Notes under the pieces: model-generated
The model's input: the letters and a program-made list of their open reading frames with translations, nothing else
What the model was told of the DNA's origin: nothing
Database searches by the model: none
Shown: positions 61,658 to 64,000 of the stretch, one piece after another
Layout: each line of letters opens with the position of its first letter
Position numbering within the stretch: position 1 is the stretch's first letter
DNA from: a bacterium
GTDB lineage: Bacteria > Patescibacteriota > UBA1384 > CAILIB01 > JAUSJZ01
NCBI GenBank assembly: GCA_030647115.1
Contig: JAUSJZ010000010.1
Coordinates: 4,540 to 68,539 of the forward strand
Direction: 5' to 3'
Length of the DNA stretch: 64,000 nt
Translations under genes and position numbers: made by a program

Positions 61658-64000
61658 TAGTTCCACTCACCTGGTTAAAACAGTACGTTAATATTAAATC
61701 AACCCCGGCCGTTTTAGCCGAGCGCCTGACGCTACAGGCCGCTGAAGTTGAGGAGATAATTGAACCGCCACTGCCGGTAACGACCGCTCTAGTGGCTACC
61801 GTCATTGATATCAAGCCCCACCCCAACGCCGACCGCTTAAAACTGGTAACCGTGACCCTTAAGGGGACCACCAAAACAATCGTCTGTGGCGCACCCAACG
61901 TTGAGGTTGAGATGGTCGTCCCCTTTATACCGGTAGGAGGCTACTATTTTGACAATGAAGAGAATCTGTTGACACTAGGCAATGCAACAATTAGAGGAAT
62001 AGATTCGGCCGGTATGCTCGCCAGTGAACGTGATTTAGGAATTTCTGATTCGCATTCCGGCCTGATGGTCTTGCCTGATAGCGCCAAAAATAAAAAAACC
62101 GTCAGTGGTGCTCTAGAGTTAAATAGTGCGGTCTTTAAACTAGAGATTACCCCCAACCGGTCAGATCTCTTCTCGATAATCGGCCTCGCCCGAGAAGTAT
62201 CCTACATTGAAAAGACCAGGTTGACGCTACCTAGTTTCGGAACCTTCAGCCACCAAGAATCACTCGCTCTCCTTAAACCAACCGTCAAGACAGACTTCTG
62301 TTCGCGTTACTGCACCATTGTTATCAACCACATTGAGAACCAAAATTCGCCCAGCTGGTTGTCGAACAGGTTAAGATTAGCCAGTATACGACCCATCAAT
62401 GCCATTGTGGATATCACCAACTACGTCATGTTAGAATACGGCCAGCCGTTGCACGCCTTTGATTATGACCAACTGAAACAGACCGATAAGGGTGTTAACC
62501 TCGAGGTGAGACCGGCGAAGAATAATGAGACGCTCATCGCCCTAGACGGAGTCAATTATCAGCTAAAGACAACCGACACCGTCATTGCCGATGATGAAGG
62601 GGTACTGGCCCTAGCCGGTATTATTGGTGGTACGAGAACGGCCGTTAGTTATCAGACAAAAACCATCTTGCTGGAGTCAGCTATCTTTCACCCTGGTAAC
62701 ACTCGACGCACGGCCAATCGGCTCGGTTTAAGAACCGAATCATTAACCAGATTTGAAAAGGGTCTCGACCCTGATCTACAAATTATCGCTTTAAAAAGGG
62801 CGGCTACCTTGATAAACGACATCTGTGGCGGTAAACCAACCGGTAAATTATTTGATCTCAATTTCATTCGCAAAAAAACGGTCACTATTACCGTCTCTTT
62901 AGAACGCATTAGACAGCTGGTCGGTATTAACTTTGAGAAACAGTTTGCCAAAAATGCGCTGTCAGCCCTCGGTTTTCAGGTAACTAGTACCAGTCAGTTT
63001 GGTTTGCGAGTAACACCACCGTCGTGGCGGTTGGATATTGAACGAGAAGAGGATATTGTCGAGGAACTAGTACGACTTTACGGTTATGATAATCTTCCCA
63101 ACACCCTGCCAATCGGCACCGCGATTGACCTGCCGCAGACAACGAACGAATATTCATTAACGCGCTCTATTAGGTCATTAGTGACAGCAGCCGGTGTAAC
63201 CGATATTATTTCACAACCTTTCTTAAGTTCTAAAGATGCCACTTTATTTCACCTCAATAAATCAAGTCTGGTCAAGATTAATAACCCCACTACCGTAAAT
63301 GAACAGTATTTACGCCCCAATATTACCAGTCTATTATTGCGCCGAGTGGGCACGAACAGTATTGAGAACGAATCACTGCTAATGGCCGAAATTGGCCACG
63401 TGTTTAGTCATAGCCAAAATAGAATTAGCGAGAGCGTCCACTTGGGGCTTGTCTCACTGACCAAAGAGCCGGTAGCTCAAGCCCGTCTGATAAAGGGCAT
63501 ACTTTCAAACATTGGTATCGTTACGGAAAAAGAATTCCCGGTAGTCTTTAGTAACAGTTCGGCGACGTCAAGGTTAGTACGACCAGGGCACGAAATAATA
63601 ATTACCAATAATAAACGGGTGGGTTGGTTGGGTTTGGTAAGTAACACCGTCACCCAGGCACTCAAACTGAAAGGTAACCGTTACGTGGTAGCGGCAGAAC
63701 TCAACTTAGATGGGCTAATCAACAGCCCCTCATTAATTCAGCTGTACCAGAAGCCAAGCATTTATCCGGCCTCTTCTAGAGATCTGTCTCTTTCATTACC
63801 AATGGCTGAACCAGCTAATTTGGTGATCACTCACCTGAAAAAAGGGGTTGATTACCTGAAAGATGTTTTAGTTATTGATGAATACTACCAACCGACCTGG
63901 CGTAGTTTAACATTGCGGTTTGTCTTCCAATCGGATAACCGTACTCTGACCGAGAGCAATATTGATGGTAGTCTAAAACAGCTCAAACACAATATTAGTA
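61654..64000 (+). CDS. pheT: phenylalanine--tRNA ligase beta subunit (runs off window end)
   Basis: MIVPLTWLKQYV, HPNADRL, VCGAPN, ITPNRSD, GQPLHAFD, RFEKG, PSWRLDI. Confidence 0.97.
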   Translation, partial: MIVPLTWLKQYVNIKSTPAVLAERLTLQAAEVEEIIEPPLPVTTALVATVIDIKPHPNADRLKLVTVTLKGTTKTIVCGAPNVEVEMVVPFIPVGGYYFDNEENLLTLGNATIRGIDSAGMLASERDLGISDSHSGLMVLPDSAKNKKTVSGALELNSAVFKLEITPNRSDLFSIIGLAREVSYIEKTRLTLPSFGTFSHQESLALLKPTVKTDFCSRYCTIVINHIENQNSPSWLSNRLRLASIRPINAIVDITNYVMLEYGQPLHAFDYDQLKQTDKGVNLEVRPAKNNETLIALDGVNYQLKTTDTVIADDEGVLALAGIIGGTRTAVSYQTKTILLESAIFHPGNTRRTANRLGLRTESLTRFEKGLDPDLQIIALKRAATLINDICGGKPTGKLFDLNFIRKKTVTITVSLERIRQLVGINFEKQFAKNALSALGFQVTSTSQFGLRVTPPSWRLDIEREEDIVEELVRLYGYDNLPNTLPIGTAIDLPQTTNEYSLTRSIRSLVTAAGVTDIISQPFLSSKDATLFHLNKSSLVKINNPTTVNEQYLRPNITSLLLRRVGTNSIENESLLMAEIGHVFSHSQNRISESVHLGLVSLTKEPVAQARLIKGILSNIGIVTEKEFPVVFSNSSATSRLVRPGHEIIITNNKRVGWLGLVSNTVTQALKLKGNRYVVAAELNLDGLINSPSLIQLYQKPSIYPASSRDLSLSLPMAEPANLVITHLKKGVDYLKDVLVIDEYYQPTWRSLTLRFVFQSDNRTLTESNIDGSLKQLKHNIS

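Overview
This 64-kb window is core chromosome from a bacterium using translation table 11, most likely Patescibacteria/CPR. That placement is an inference from the absence of rpmD/uL30 in an otherwise complete spc operon, trimmed ribosomal proteins and few Shine-Dalgarno sites. Left part: partial infC, a DAGK-like gene, a bactofilin, uvrA, RNase P RNA, a transglutaminase-like gene, tRNA-Gln(TTG), a GNAT, and an orphan histidine kinase heading a rpe-gap-tkt-tkt-fba-pfkB-dehydrogenase operon. Middle: a glycosylation cluster enclosing a 1205-aa tail-fibre-like surface protein, then gyrBA, infB, a LysM/M23 gene and obg. Right part: a continuous rpoBC-str-S10-spc-alpha-rplM-rpsI-pheST block. The most notable observations are: (1) two tandem structured elements downstream of tRNA-Gln, each rebuilding the tRNA T-arm and acceptor end with a double hairpin inserted in the T-loop; (2) a str-operon EF-G whose two guanine-specificity motifs are both rewritten (NKxD to NKIN, GSAFK to GDGRT); (3) an attenuator-like switch between rpsJ and rplC; (4) natural substitutions at rifampicin and quinolone contact residues; (5) repeated leaderless or short-leader promoters. 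All product calls come from motif recognition by eye; no database searches were run.
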